This document shows, in pieces, positions 18,624 to 32,303 of a DNA stretch of 64,000 nucleotides. The stretch covers positions 1,483,166 through 1,547,165 of the forward strand of contig CAVRJY010000001.1 of NCBI GenBank assembly GCA_963721805.1. Direction: 5' to 3'. This stretch comes from Nitrospirota bacterium. GTDB lineage: Bacteria > Nitrospirota > Thermodesulfovibrionia > Thermodesulfovibrionales > JdFR-86. The notes beneath the pieces are model-generated. The model searched no databases, was not told the DNA's origin, and was given only the letters and a program-made list of their open reading frames with translations. The first letter of the stretch is position 1; every line of letters begins with the position of its first letter. A program made the translations under genes and the position numbers.

Positions 18624-19075
18624 TGCTTCTGAAGATGAAGGTCGAGGGGCTGCTCTTCGACCCCCGGAGCAACATGTACATCCTTCTTTTAAAGGACACG
18701 GACGGCTCCGACACGCTCCCGATCTGGATCGGCAAGCCCGAGGCCGACTCGATCGCGCTCGCCCTGGGCAAGGTCGCCACCCCCCGCCCGCTCACGCACG
18801 ACCTCGTCCGAAACATCATGGACGCGCTCCTGGTTAAAGTCACCCGCATCGTCATCACGCAGATCATGGACAACACCTACTACTCGCTGATCTACATGAC
18901 GGACGGCACGAGGGAGGTCCCGGTGGACTCAAGGCCGAGCGACGCCGTGGCCGTCGCGCTTCGCACCGGCGCGCCGATTTATGTTGAGGACGAGGTGCTC
19001 AACAAGAAGAACTCCGACGGACTCGAAGAGTGGCTCAAAAACCTCAAGCCAGAGGATTTCGGAAACATAATGTAG
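18623..19075 (+). CDS. Bifunctional nuclease (DUF151)
   Basis: LPIWIG, RPLTHDL and DSRPSDAVAVALR motifs. Confidence 0.9.
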   Translation: MLLKMKVEGLLFDPRSNMYILLLKDTDGSDTLPIWIGKPEADSIALALGKVATPRPLTHDLVRNIMDALLVKVTRIVITQIMDNTYYSLIYMTDGTREVPVDSRPSDAVAVALRTGAPIYVEDEVLNKKNSDGLEEWLKNLKPEDFGNIM

Positions 19076-19133
19076 TCCCGGCACCGGGCTCCCGGATGGC
19101 CCGCACCACGACCGCATTATCGTTTGGCCCCTT

Positions 19134-19871
19134 ATGCTGAGAAAGACCGAGGGCATCGTCCTGCGCACCATCCCGTTTGGCGAGGCAGACCTGATCGTAA
19201 CCTACATCACGCTCGATTTCGGTATTTTGAAGGCGTTCGCAAAAAGTCCGCGTAAAACAAAAAGCCGCTTCGGGAGCAGCCTCGAGCCGTTCACGCACTC
19301 CCTCATCGGCGTGATGGGCCGCGAGGACGCCCAGCTCCCGCGCCTCACGCAATCCGACATCGTCCGTCCGCATCAGGCCTTGAGGGAGAGCCTGCGCACC
19401 ATGGTCAGCCTAAGCGCGATGGCTGAACTCACGCTCGCCCTGATGCCCGAATCCGCGCCCAACGAGCCCGCCTTCAGGCTGCTGGAGCAGGTCCTCGACC
19501 TCATGGACTCTGCCCCTGACGATCCGCTCTACCCGCTTGCTTACGCGATCAGGTTTCTGGAGCTCAAGGGCTATGCCCCGGCCCTGGGCGGCTGCGCGAT
19601 TTGCGGGGCCGCATGCTGTGAGTTTTATCCTTCGATGGGCGCGCTGGTCTGCCGCTCTTGCAGGGCCGAGGGCAGTTCGGTGAGGCTTGCGCATGGAAGC
19701 ATAAAGCTATATGAGGCGCTCGCCGGATGGGAGCTCGGGAAACTCAGGAGGCTTAAGGCCGGGGCGGGGATGCTCGCGGAGCTGCGCGCGCTGCTCGACG
19801 CGCACCTCGGACACGTCCTGACGCGGCCCATGAGGACGCCGGACACCGTCGAGGCATTGCGGAACTTGTAG
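19134..19871 (+). CDS. recO: DNA repair protein RecO
   Basis: GIVLR..FGEADLIV, KSRFGSSLEPF; CxxC..CxxC zinc finger. Confidence 0.92.
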   Translation: MLRKTEGIVLRTIPFGEADLIVTYITLDFGILKAFAKSPRKTKSRFGSSLEPFTHSLIGVMGREDAQLPRLTQSDIVRPHQALRESLRTMVSLSAMAELTLALMPESAPNEPAFRLLEQVLDLMDSAPDDPLYPLAYAIRFLELKGYAPALGGCAICGAACCEFYPSMGALVCRSCRAEGSSVRLAHGSIKLYEALAGWELGKLRRLKAGAGMLAELRALLDAHLGHVLTRPMRTPDTVEALRNL

Positions 19872-19874
19872 GTT

Positions 19875-21365
<1,491 letters not shown>

Positions 21366-21514
21366 TTAACAAAGATAATAGCACGCCGGTGCGCATTAGC
21401 TCAACATGCAATTTGTGCAAGTGCGCGCAGGCTGCCGCATGCGCGCAGCGCCGGTCAGCGACATGCCGGTGCGGCTTGCCCAAAACCGGGCAAATATGCA
21501 CAATATTACAAGCT

Positions 21515-22552
21515 GTGTCAGAGATAACCTACAAAAAAGCCGGAGTGGACATCGAGGAGGGGGACCGTTTCGTCGACCTCATCGCCCCGCGCGTCCGCAG
21601 CACCTTCCGAAGCGGGGTCATGGGCGGCATCGGCTCGTTCGGCGCCCTATTCAAGCTCGATACCAGCCGCTACAAGGAGCCGGTGCTCGTAAGCGGCACG
21701 GACGGCGTCGGCACCAAGCTCAAGGTCGCGTTCATGACGGGCAGGCACGACACCGTCGGCATAGACCTGGTGGCCATGTGCGTAAACGACATCCTCACCC
21801 AGGGGGCCGAGCCGCTGTTCTTCCTCGATTACTTCGCGACCGGCAAGCTCTCGCCGGAGGACGCCGCGCGCGTGGTCGAGGGCATTGTGGCCGGCTGCAC
21901 CGAGAGCGGCTGCGCCCTGATCGGCGGCGAGACGGCCGAGATGCCCGGCTTCTACGCGGCCGGAGAGTACGACCTCGCGGGTTTCGCCGTTGGCGTCGTC
22001 GACAGGCCGGACATCATCGACGGCTCTACGATCTCTGAGGGCGACGCGGTGATAGGTATTTCATCAAGCGGCATACACTCAAACGGCTATTCGCTCGTGC
22101 GCAAGGTCCTGTTCGAGCACGCCGCTTTGAGCGTGGATGCGCGTGTCGAGGAACTCGGCTGCACGCTCGGCGAGGAGCTCCTGCGCCCGACGCGCATATA
22201 CGTCAAGGCATACAACGCGCTTAAGGGCAAGGTGCGCGTTAAGGGCATGGCTCACATCACCGGCGGCGGCATACCCGGCAACCTGCCCCGCATATTCCCC
22301 AAGGGCATCGGGGCCAATGTGCGAGAGTCCGCATGGACCTCCCAGCCTATTTTCGGGCTCATCCAGAGGCTCGGGAATGTGCCGAGGGACGACATGCGCA
22401 ATACCTTTAACATGGGCATCGGGTATATTATCGTCGTTCCGCAGGAAGACGTTCAGCAGGCCCTTTTGAACTTACACGCGGCGGAGTATCAAGCCACCGT
22501 GATCGGGAAAACAGTCAAGACAGCTGAGAAAACGGACGTTATATATGATTAA
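21515..22552 (+). CDS. purM: Phosphoribosylformylglycinamidine cyclo-ligase
   Basis: TYKKAGVD, TDGVGTKL, GGETAEMP, HSNGYS, HITGGG and TFNMGIG motifs; GTG start inferred. Confidence 0.94.
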   Translation: MSEITYKKAGVDIEEGDRFVDLIAPRVRSTFRSGVMGGIGSFGALFKLDTSRYKEPVLVSGTDGVGTKLKVAFMTGRHDTVGIDLVAMCVNDILTQGAEPLFFLDYFATGKLSPEDAARVVEGIVAGCTESGCALIGGETAEMPGFYAAGEYDLAGFAVGVVDRPDIIDGSTISEGDAVIGISSSGIHSNGYSLVRKVLFEHAALSVDARVEELGCTLGEELLRPTRIYVKAYNALKGKVRVKGMAHITGGGIPGNLPRIFPKGIGANVRESAWTSQPIFGLIQRLGNVPRDDMRNTFNMGIGYIIVVPQEDVQQALLNLHAAEYQATVIGKTVKTAEKTDVIYD

Positions 22553-23390
22553 GTCAAAACAGCTCATAAGGAAGCTCCTCACTCCGGTGACGATAATGCT
22601 CATCCCTCACACGAGCAGGCGCTCGCTGACTTTCAGCATTCCGAGCGTGCTCATCGCGGCGCTCCTGGCGTTCAGCCTCGTGGGGATGGCGTTCGTGGGC
22701 CTGCTGGCCAGAGACGCGGTGCTCTATAAGTCCACCAAGCAGAAGCTGGACCACTATGACAGCGAGATTTCGGACCTGCAGTCGACGATCTCGGCCCTCA
22801 AATTGGCCGAGGCCGAATTCAGGCGGCTGTTTTCGAAGGGTACGAAGGAAGACGTCCTGGATAACCTTGACACGACCGACAGCGGCTCGGTCGACACCGA
22901 CGTGCTCAAGGCCGAGATAGCCCGCAGCATCGAATCCGTCGGCGAGATACGCGATTACCTGAGCCAGACGCGCGAGCTATACCGCGCCACCCCGATGGGA
23001 AGCCCGGTCGAAGACGGCCACATTACCTCGCCATACGGCGAGCGCGTCAATCCGATCACCGGCGGGCCTGAGTTCCATTCCGGACTCGACATATCCACCG
23101 AACCGGGCACCCCGGTCTACGCCACGGCCGACGGCGTGGTGAGCTTCGCGGGCATGAGCTCGGGGGGTAACGGCAACCTCGTCGCGATCGAGCACGGCTT
23201 CGGATACGAGACCTATTTCGCGCATAACAGGCAGATCGTAGTGAAGGTCGGACAGGTGGTCAAGCGCGGGGAGCTCATCTCGTATGTCGGTTCCACCGGA
23301 AGCTCCACCGGGCCGCACTGTCACTACGAGATATGGAAAGACGGCCGGAGCGTGGACCCGGCCAAATTCCTGGAGGCGAGGAGGTCATAG
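22545..23390 (+). CDS. M23 family peptidase with TM and coiled coil
   Basis: HSGLD, YFAH and STGPHCHYE motifs. Confidence 0.9.
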   Translation: MIKSKQLIRKLLTPVTIMLIPHTSRRSLTFSIPSVLIAALLAFSLVGMAFVGLLARDAVLYKSTKQKLDHYDSEISDLQSTISALKLAEAEFRRLFSKGTKEDVLDNLDTTDSGSVDTDVLKAEIARSIESVGEIRDYLSQTRELYRATPMGSPVEDGHITSPYGERVNPITGGPEFHSGLDISTEPGTPVYATADGVVSFAGMSSGGNGNLVAIEHGFGYETYFAHNRQIVVKVGQVVKRGELISYVGSTGSSTGPHCHYEIWKDGRSVDPAKFLEARRS

Positions 23391-23773
23391 TGTTTAAAAA
23401 GAGCGACAAGGTAGAGTCATTCATAGGCCGCAACACCCGCCTGAGCGGTGAGCTCACGATGAAAGGCACGCTCAGGATCGACGGCATACTAGAAGGCAGC
23501 ATAGAGGTCGAGAGCCTCGTGATGGGGCCCGGCTCGGTCCTGACCGGTGACGCCCGCGCAACGCGCGCGGTAATTGGCGGCGAGGTCAAGGGCGACATAT
23601 ACGCGGCCGAACTCGTAGAGATCAAGCAGACCGGCAAGGTCAGGGGCGATATAGCCACGACGAGGCTCATCATCGTCGAGGGCGGCACGATCGACGGGCT
23701 GGTCACGATGCGCAAGGACGAGTCGAAGATAGTGGAGCTCAGCCAGGAGAGGGCCCGCGCCCAGAGGGCATAG
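23390..23773 (+). CDS. Bactofilin (polymer-forming cytoskeletal protein)
   Basis: beta-helix repeats LRIDG..EG.I, V.GDI; GGAGG RBS with GTG; typical M23-bactofilin pair. Confidence 0.88.
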   Translation: MFKKSDKVESFIGRNTRLSGELTMKGTLRIDGILEGSIEVESLVMGPGSVLTGDARATRAVIGGEVKGDIYAAELVEIKQTGKVRGDIATTRLIIVEGGTIDGLVTMRKDESKIVELSQERARAQRA

Positions 23774-23833
23774 GCCTCGCAAGGCTTCCGCAAGGATTTC
23801 ACTTTTTTTATGTCTGTTTCTGGCTGTTCCTGA

Positions 23834-23923
23834 GGAGAGGTGGCTGAGCGGTTGAAGGCGGCGGTCTCGAAAACCGTTGTAGGGGTAACCCTACCGTGGG
23901 TTCAAATCCCACCCTCTCCGCCA
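23834..23923 (+). tRNA. tRNA-Ser(CGA), copy 1
   Basis: GGAGAGG/CCTCTCC acceptor stem, CTCGAAA anticodon loop, long variable arm, TTCAAAT, GCCA end. Confidence 0.95.
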
Positions 23924-23942
23924 TTTTACTGAAACTCCGCAC

Positions 23943-25823
<1,881 letters not shown>

Positions 25824-25978
25824 TTCATCCCCCGCTGCGCCTTCGATCTACAGCTGCTATCTACAATCATATCAGGCTATAGGCGCAATTCCTACCCTGG
25901 CCCCGATTTCTTAGCCAGGCCGGCACCATGCGCAGCTGTTTGATTTTTGGGATTCCGGTATAGTATTGTCAAGATTCT

Positions 25979-26440
25979 GTGGACGACGCATTTTACATGG
26001 GGCTGGCGCTTGACGAGGCCGCCCTCGCCTTTGACGAGGGTGAGGTCCCGGTCGGGGCCGTACTGGTCCTGGGCGACAGGATTATCGCCCGCGCCAGAAA
26101 CGCCCGCGAGTCCACCGGGGACCCTACGGCGCACGCCGAGGTGCTCGTTATGCGGGCTGCGGCCGCGGGGGGAGAGGCCGGAGACGGCTGGCGGCTCGAG
26201 AAGACGACGCTATACGTTACCAAGGAGCCCTGCGTGATGTGCTCAGGCACGATGATCAACGCCAGGCTCGGCAGGCTGGTATTCGGGTGCTGGGACACGA
26301 AACGCGGCGCGGTAGAGAGCCTGTACCAGCTCCTCGGCGACCCGAGGCAGAACCACAGGGTGGACGTGACCTCCGGCGTGCGCGAAGAGGAATGTGCGGC
26401 GCTTTTAAAGAGGTTTTTTCAGATGAGGAGAGGTGGCTGA
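25979..26440 (+). CDS. tadA: tRNA-specific adenosine deaminase
   Basis: EVPVGAV, DPTAHAE, EPCVMC and FFQMRR motifs; the last 14 nt overlap tRNA-Ser copy 2. Confidence 0.93.
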   Translation: MDDAFYMGLALDEAALAFDEGEVPVGAVLVLGDRIIARARNARESTGDPTAHAEVLVMRAAAAGGEAGDGWRLEKTTLYVTKEPCVMCSGTMINARLGRLVFGCWDTKRGAVESLYQLLGDPRQNHRVDVTSGVREEECAALLKRFFQMRRGG

Positions 26441-26516
26441 GCGGTTGAAGGCGGCGGTCTCGAAAACCGTTGTAGGGGTAACCCTACCGTGGGTTCAAAT
26501 CCCACCCTCTCCGCCA
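26427..26516 (+). tRNA. tRNA-Ser(CGA), copy 2 (identical to copy 1)
   Basis: Same 90-nt sequence as 23834..23923. Confidence 0.95.
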
Positions 26517-26608
26517 TTTTTCTTTCTGAATTATCGGCATCCAAAGCCCGCAGCCTTCCATATCCGTACGCCTGCGGCAACTCAGCCCTGTATGCTCACC
26601 GCACGCCT

Positions 26609-28129
26609 TCAGGGCGATTGCGGCCCTGCCCTCCTGGTAAAAACCCCGGATAGGCGATCTGCATAGCTTAGCCGCCAGCCCTTCGAGGCCAGCAGGTATC
26701 GGTAAAGCGGATAGTTTTCATTGGTAAAAGGGTTTACCGGGGGCATGATGACAGTATTTATCCGGTACTTTTCAAGCAGCCGGTCCGCATTGTCCGTATC
26801 CCACAGCATGTGGGTATAATCATAAAACGCCTCGGTATTGAGCACCCTGCCGTCGATAAACACCTTATATCTCGGGTAAAGGGTCCACATCAAGTACCCG
26901 CCCCAATCATAGTGGTTGAATATATTGCCTGAGACCCCGTTGTCCAGCATGTATTGCGCCGCCCCGCGGGGGTATAAGTTCCAGGCCACGGGGGTCCTTA
27001 TTGCCGCAAGAAGAGTCGTGTTCAGATTCAGGATGCTGAATACGGCCAGCCCCAGGACTATCGCAGCCGTGGCTGCCGCTTTGGCCGCCCTGTTGAAATC
27101 CCGGATCGAGCCGTGCAGGTATGCCGCAACCAGTGGCGCGGTCGAACAGACGAAGAACGGGATGTACCTATAGGCCTTGAGGCTGATAGCGGCAGTAAAC
27201 GCGATCAATAGGAGATGCCGCAACTCCATCTTGAACCTCGTCCTTAGGGCCACCGCGATAACCAGCAGGAAATATGCGGCATACGCTGCGACGTTGCCGT
27301 GATGCTTCAGGGCATACTCCATGGGCGGCATGTACTCCGAGACCTTGCCCTGCAATCCGGAGCCCTCGAACATCAACAGCTCGGAATACGGCCTGTAAGT
27401 GTTCGGATTAACAAAGGTGAGCGCAATGGAGAAGGCCAGCAAAGCGATATATCGCGCCCTGAGAGGGTTTTCTGCCGGGCGCTCCCTGAACCATTGCACC
27501 GCCTCGGCCAAGAGGTATATCGATACGAAGACGCTGCCGATCATGAATCCCCTGTGGAGGTTCGCCCAAAGGACCATCACGGCATACAATGCCGCCACGG
27601 ACGGCGGATGGATCGACCCTTCCCTGTACTTCCGGTGGATGGATTCGAGGGCCACGACCAGCGCGCATGAAAGCAGGAATGAAAACTCTTGCGGCCTGAG
27701 CGCGGTATATCCCATGAGGGTGAACCCCGCGATCACCGTCACGGCGATCCCGCTGGTGAAACCCGCCCCGCTGCGGCGGCAGCCGGCCATTATCATGAGC
27801 AGGACCGCTGAAAGCAGCAGCGCGTTATAGGCGATCAGGCCGTAATACCCGAGGCCCGCATATACGGCATACATAAGTACCTGCGCCATCCAGTAACCAT
27901 TCAAGATTACCTGCCTGTTGCCAGCGGTATCCACAGGCGGGTAGCTAAACGGGTCTGTGGCGGGAATCAGGGAGCGGCTCTCTGAGATGTACCTGCCCGA
28001 GGCGAGGTGCCACCACGTGTCGGCGTCCCATAGCGGACGGCAGAAATTAACGGCGAACAAAAGCAGAACGCCGACCAACAGTATTCTTTTATAAGGCATG
28101 CCTTTTAAGCCCTTCCCACCCGGCATCAT
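26609..28129 (-). CDS. Polytopic membrane protein, possibly GT-C-fold glycosyltransferase
   Basis: Many TMs; DTWWHLASGR after TM1, RPQ, WANLH, SEY.P, WGGYL..F.DGR; start uncertain. Confidence 0.6.
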   Translation of the reverse strand: MMPGGKGLKGMPYKRILLVGVLLLFAVNFCRPLWDADTWWHLASGRYISESRSLIPATDPFSYPPVDTAGNRQVILNGYWMAQVLMYAVYAGLGYYGLIAYNALLLSAVLLMIMAGCRRSGAGFTSGIAVTVIAGFTLMGYTALRPQEFSFLLSCALVVALESIHRKYREGSIHPPSVAALYAVMVLWANLHRGFMIGSVFVSIYLLAEAVQWFRERPAENPLRARYIALLAFSIALTFVNPNTYRPYSELLMFEGSGLQGKVSEYMPPMEYALKHHGNVAAYAAYFLLVIAVALRTRFKMELRHLLLIAFTAAISLKAYRYIPFFVCSTAPLVAAYLHGSIRDFNRAAKAAATAAIVLGLAVFSILNLNTTLLAAIRTPVAWNLYPRGAAQYMLDNGVSGNIFNHYDWGGYLMWTLYPRYKVFIDGRVLNTEAFYDYTHMLWDTDNADRLLEKYRINTVIMPPVNPFTNENYPLYRYLLASKGWRLSYADRLSGVFTRRAGPQSP

Positions 28130-28182
28130 ATTGCACAGCCTTCCGTCTTGCTATATAGTAACATCAGTGGAGGACACCGGAC

Positions 28183-28758
28183 ATGGGCAAGATCAAGGGA
28201 AGCAAGACCGAGCGTAACCTGCTCAAGTCGTTTTCGGGTGAGAGCCAGGCCCGCAACCGCTACACGTACTTCGCGGGCGCTGCGCGCAAAGAGGGCTACA
28301 TGCAGATCGCGGAGATTTTCGAGGAGACCGCGAACCAGGAAAAGGAGCACGCCAAGCGCTTCTTCCAGTTCCTTGAAGGCGGAGACCTTGAGGTAACCGC
28401 CAGCTTTCCTGCCGGGCAGATCGGGACGACCGCCGAAAACCTCCTCGCGGCCGCTATCGGCGAGCACGAGGAGCACACTACACTGTACCCGGCGTTCGCG
28501 GACGTCGCGGACGAAGAAGGCTTACCCGCATTAGCGGCACTCTGGAGGGCTGTTTCCGTGGCCGAGCGCAATCACGACAGGCGTTACCGCGCACTGCTGG
28601 ACAATATAGAAAGCGGACGCGTCTTCAAGCGCGAGGGCGAGGTGAGCTGGCGGTGCCGCAACTGCGGTTACGTCCACAGCGGCCCGGAAGCGCCCGAGCA
28701 GTGCCCGGCCTGCGCCCATCCGAAGGCATACTACGAACTGTACGGCGAGAACTGGTAA
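28183..28758 (+). CDS. rbr: Rubrerythrin
   Basis: GESQARNRY, EKEHA, E.EEH, ERNH; CRNCG..CPAC.H rubredoxin domain. Confidence 0.95.
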   Translation: MGKIKGSKTERNLLKSFSGESQARNRYTYFAGAARKEGYMQIAEIFEETANQEKEHAKRFFQFLEGGDLEVTASFPAGQIGTTAENLLAAAIGEHEEHTTLYPAFADVADEEGLPALAALWRAVSVAERNHDRRYRALLDNIESGRVFKREGEVSWRCRNCGYVHSGPEAPEQCPACAHPKAYYELYGENW

Positions 28759-28884
28759 TAGTTCGTTGCAAATTCTCGCTGCGCCCGGATTTGCAACGGA
28801 TACGGCTACTGAGGGCAGACTATTGGACGCTGCTCCGAGACACGGCGGTCTGTCCGATATCTCCCATGCGGGGTCTTAAACAGA

Positions 28885-29574
28885 TTAAACCGTCTTGAGC
28901 CTGTAGCCCACGCCCGGTTCGTTGATGAAGTAGCGCGGGCGCGCCGGGTCGGGTTCCAGCTTGTGGCGGAGCTGCGCCATGTATATCCTCAGGTAATGGG
29001 TCTGGTTGACGTAGGCCGGGCCCCAGACCTCCCTCATAAGCTGTCCGTGCGTGATGACCTTCCCGGCGTGGCGCACCAGCACCGAGAGCAGCTTGTATTC
29101 CGTTGGGGTCAGGTGCACCTCGGCCTCATCGACCTTGACGCGGCGCATCGCAAGGTCCACCGTGATGCCGCCCAGGATGAAGACCGACTCCTCCCCGGGG
29201 CTCGGCGTACCTGCATGGCGCAGGGCCACGCGGATCCTGGCAAGCAGCTCCCCCGCACCGAACGGCTTGGTGAGGTAATCGTCGGCCCCGGCGTCGAGGG
29301 CCTTGACCTTGTCGTCCTCCTGCCCGCGCGCAGAGAGCACGATGACCGGCACCGTGCTCCACTCGCGGAGCTTCTTCGCGACCTCGATCCCGTCGAAGTC
29401 CGGGAGGCCCAAATCCAAGAGCACGACCGAGGGGTTTTTCCCGGCAGCCTCCCTTAGGCCATCCTCGCCCGTGGCGGCCTCGATCAGCCTGTAGCCCTCG
29501 CCCTGCAGCGTGATCCGCAGGAACCGGCGCATCTGAGGCTCGTCCTCGATCAGCAGTATAAGCTCGCCGGTCAC
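28885..29574 (-). CDS. kdpE: Response regulator KdpE
   Basis: OmpR-family REC plus wHTH (YLRIYMAQLRHKLEPDP); GTG overlaps the kdpD stop. Confidence 0.93.
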   Translation of the reverse strand: MTGELILLIEDEPQMRRFLRITLQGEGYRLIEAATGEDGLREAAGKNPSVVLLDLGLPDFDGIEVAKKLREWSTVPVIVLSARGQEDDKVKALDAGADDYLTKPFGAGELLARIRVALRHAGTPSPGEESVFILGGITVDLAMRRVKVDEAEVHLTPTEYKLLSVLVRHAGKVITHGQLMREVWGPAYVNQTHYLRIYMAQLRHKLEPDPARPRYFINEPGVGYRLKTV

Positions 29575-32276
29575 TGCTCTTCCTCCTCTATGGCCGGCTG
29601 CGGCCCCTCTATCGGCAGGGTGAAGCGGAAGGCCGCTCCCCCGGTCGCACGGTTCTCGGCCCATATGCGGCCGCCGTGGGTCGCAATGATCGCCCGGCTG
29701 ATCGCGAGCCCGAGCCCGATGCCGCCGCCGGGTCCGGCGCTGTGCACGAACTTGTCGAATATCCTCTCCTCCGAGCCGGGCGTGAGGCCCGGCCCCCGGT
29801 CCGCGATCTTGACGACCACGGAGCCGTCCTTCACCTCGGCCGAGATCTCAAGCGGCGAGCCCTCAGGCGTATACTTAAGCGCATTATCGAGGATGTTCAT
29901 GAACACCTGTTCTATGAGCAGGGGGTCGAACCTTACGAGAGGCAGGTCGCCGGGAATGGATACAGCCACGGGACGCGCGGAGAGCTTATCGGCGATCCGG
30001 TTTAAGGCAACGCCGGCTATCTCCTCGATCGAGCCCCACTCCTTCTTGATCGTGAGCCCCTTGGCCTCGAGCCGGGTCATGTCAAGCACGTTTCGGATGA
30101 TGAGGTTCAGGTGCTCGGCCTCCTCGTAGATCGTCTCTGTTAGCTCGCGCTTTGCGTGGTCGTCAAGCACCGCGTGCTGCTCAAGCAGCGTGGTCGCCGC
30201 TCCGGTGATCGCCGCAAGCGGGGTGCGCAGGTCGTGTGAGACCGAGCTGAGCATAGTATTTCTGAGTTCCTCGGTCTCGGCCTTGAGCAGGGCCTGCTGG
30301 GCCTCCTCGGCCAGAAACGCGCGCTCGATGGCCATCGCGGTCTGGTTGGCGAAGCTCTCGATCGCGTGTATCTGCTCGTGGTCGAACGCGCCGGCCGATC
30401 CCGGCGGGCATATGCCGATCACTCCCACGGTCTTCCCCGACGAGGTCAGCGGCAGGTAGAGCGCCTTGGCGCCGGGCAGCGTGTCGGTGCCGAGCCCGGC
30501 GCGCTGGCGGTGGTCGAACGTCCAGCGGGCCACGCTCGATTCCCTCTGGTCGTCAGCGAAGTTGTTCGGGCCGGAATAGACCTCCTTCATCGAGCCGGAG
30601 GGCTCCGGGATCATGATGACTACGTCGCTGGAAAACAGCTCGCTTATGTGTTTGATCGCGGCGGCGCTCAGCCGCTCGAAACCTCGCTCGTGCAGGAGTT
30701 CGCGGCTGAGGCTGTAGAGCGCCGAGGTGCTGCGCTCGCGGCCACGAGCGGCGTCCGCCTGCTGCCGTATGCGCAGCGTCAGAGAGCTTATCACCAGCGC
30801 CACGATTATCATGACGAGAAACGTAAAGACGAACCGCACGTCGCTTACCGCGAACGTGAGATACGGAGGCACGAAGAAAAAGTCGAACGAGGCCACGCCC
30901 AGGAGCACCGCGAGCACCGAGGGCCCGCGCGCAGCATAGCTCGATACCACGACCACGCCGAGGAGGTATACCATCGCCAGGTCCACGAGGGTCACGAAGG
31001 GGTTGATTACGTAGCCAAGCGCGGTGCAAACGGCCGCGCTCCCGATGCTCAGCATCAGGTCACGCGCGCTCCAACGCCACTTCCTGCCGAGCATCCCCGA
31101 CCCGATCGGCGGCAGGGCCTCGGCGGCCTCACCGGTGATCACGTATACGTCGATGTTGCCGCTGCCCCTTACGATATCGTCCAGCGGCGAGCCGTGGAGC
31201 CTGTCTTTCCACCTCGCGTGCGTGGGCTTGCCGATCACGATCTTGGTAACGTTTCGGGTGCGGGCGTACTTCAGTATCTCGTCGCTGGCCTTGTGGCCCG
31301 AGAGCGTCACGGTCTCGGCCCCGAGGCTCTCGGCGAGCCTCATGTGCTCCGCAAGCCTCCGGAGGTCGTCCTCCGAGGGCTTGATCGTCGACGGGGCCTC
31401 GATGTTCACGGCCATCCAGTCGGCCTTAAGCCCTGCGGCCATGCGCTTGGCCGCGCGTATCAGACGGATCGAGCGGGGGTTCGGCCCGACGCATACCATG
31501 ATGCGCTCCCCGGCCGGCCAGACCTCCTGCACGCCCTTGCGCTCGCGGTAATCCTGCATCTGCTCGTCCACGCGCTCAGCGGTGCGCCGCAGCGCGAGTT
31601 CTCGAAGCGCGAGCAGGTTGCCGGTGCGGAAGAAGTTCTCCCGGGCGCGCTCGGCGAGTTCGGCAACGTAGACCTTGCCCTCCCTCAGACGCTGCAGCAG
31701 GGCGTCCGGCGGCAGGTCTATCAGCTCTATCTCGTCCGCGCGCTCCAGGATGAAATCAGGCACCGTCTCGCGCACCGTTACGCCGGTGATCTGGGCCACG
31801 ATGTCGTTGAGGCTCTCGAGGTGCTGGACGTTCAGGGTGGCGTATACGTTTATGCCGGCTGAGAGGAGCTCGAACACGTCCTGCCAGCGCTTCTTGTGGC
31901 GGGTGCCGGGGGCGTTGGTGTGCGCGAGCTCGTCGATCAGGATCAGCGAGGGCTTGCGGGCGAGCGCCCCGTCAAGGTCGAACTCCCGAAGCACAGCGCC
32001 GCTGTACTCTATCTGCTTGCGCGGCAGCACCTCGAGGCCGGCGGTGAGGGCCACGGTCTCGGCGCGGCCGTGGGTCTCGACTATGCCGATCAGGACGTCG
32101 ACCGACTCGGCGAGCCTCTGTCTGGCGGCGCTCAGCATGGCGTACGTCTTGCCGACGCCGGGGGCCGCGCCGAAGAAGACCTTAAGCCTGCCTTCGCGGG
32201 CGCGGTCTTCGTCGACCCTTATCTGGGCCAGCAGTTCATCCGGGCTGGGGCGTCGCTGTTCATCCATCGGCATCAC
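29571..32276 (-). CDS. kdpD: Sensor kinase KdpD
   Basis: GAAPGVGKT, DELAHTN, Usp domain, 4 TMs, GAF, SHDLRTPL. Confidence 0.95.
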   Translation of the reverse strand: MMPMDEQRRPSPDELLAQIRVDEDRAREGRLKVFFGAAPGVGKTYAMLSAARQRLAESVDVLIGIVETHGRAETVALTAGLEVLPRKQIEYSGAVLREFDLDGALARKPSLILIDELAHTNAPGTRHKKRWQDVFELLSAGINVYATLNVQHLESLNDIVAQITGVTVRETVPDFILERADEIELIDLPPDALLQRLREGKVYVAELAERARENFFRTGNLLALRELALRRTAERVDEQMQDYRERKGVQEVWPAGERIMVCVGPNPRSIRLIRAAKRMAAGLKADWMAVNIEAPSTIKPSEDDLRRLAEHMRLAESLGAETVTLSGHKASDEILKYARTRNVTKIVIGKPTHARWKDRLHGSPLDDIVRGSGNIDVYVITGEAAEALPPIGSGMLGRKWRWSARDLMLSIGSAAVCTALGYVINPFVTLVDLAMVYLLGVVVVSSYAARGPSVLAVLLGVASFDFFFVPPYLTFAVSDVRFVFTFLVMIIVALVISSLTLRIRQQADAARGRERSTSALYSLSRELLHERGFERLSAAAIKHISELFSSDVVIMIPEPSGSMKEVYSGPNNFADDQRESSVARWTFDHRQRAGLGTDTLPGAKALYLPLTSSGKTVGVIGICPPGSAGAFDHEQIHAIESFANQTAMAIERAFLAEEAQQALLKAETEELRNTMLSSVSHDLRTPLAAITGAATTLLEQHAVLDDHAKRELTETIYEEAEHLNLIIRNVLDMTRLEAKGLTIKKEWGSIEEIAGVALNRIADKLSARPVAVSIPGDLPLVRFDPLLIEQVFMNILDNALKYTPEGSPLEISAEVKDGSVVVKIADRGPGLTPGSEERIFDKFVHSAGPGGGIGLGLAISRAIIATHGGRIWAENRATGGAAFRFTLPIEGPQPAIEEEEQ

Positions 32277-32303
32277 CGTAAATTATAACAGTTGCCTCCC
32301 GAA

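Noticed and set aside
21389..21514. N-terminal Cys-rich extension of PurM in the ORF track
   Set aside because: Homology begins at VSEITYKKAG; the extension spans the divergent guaB/purM promoter region
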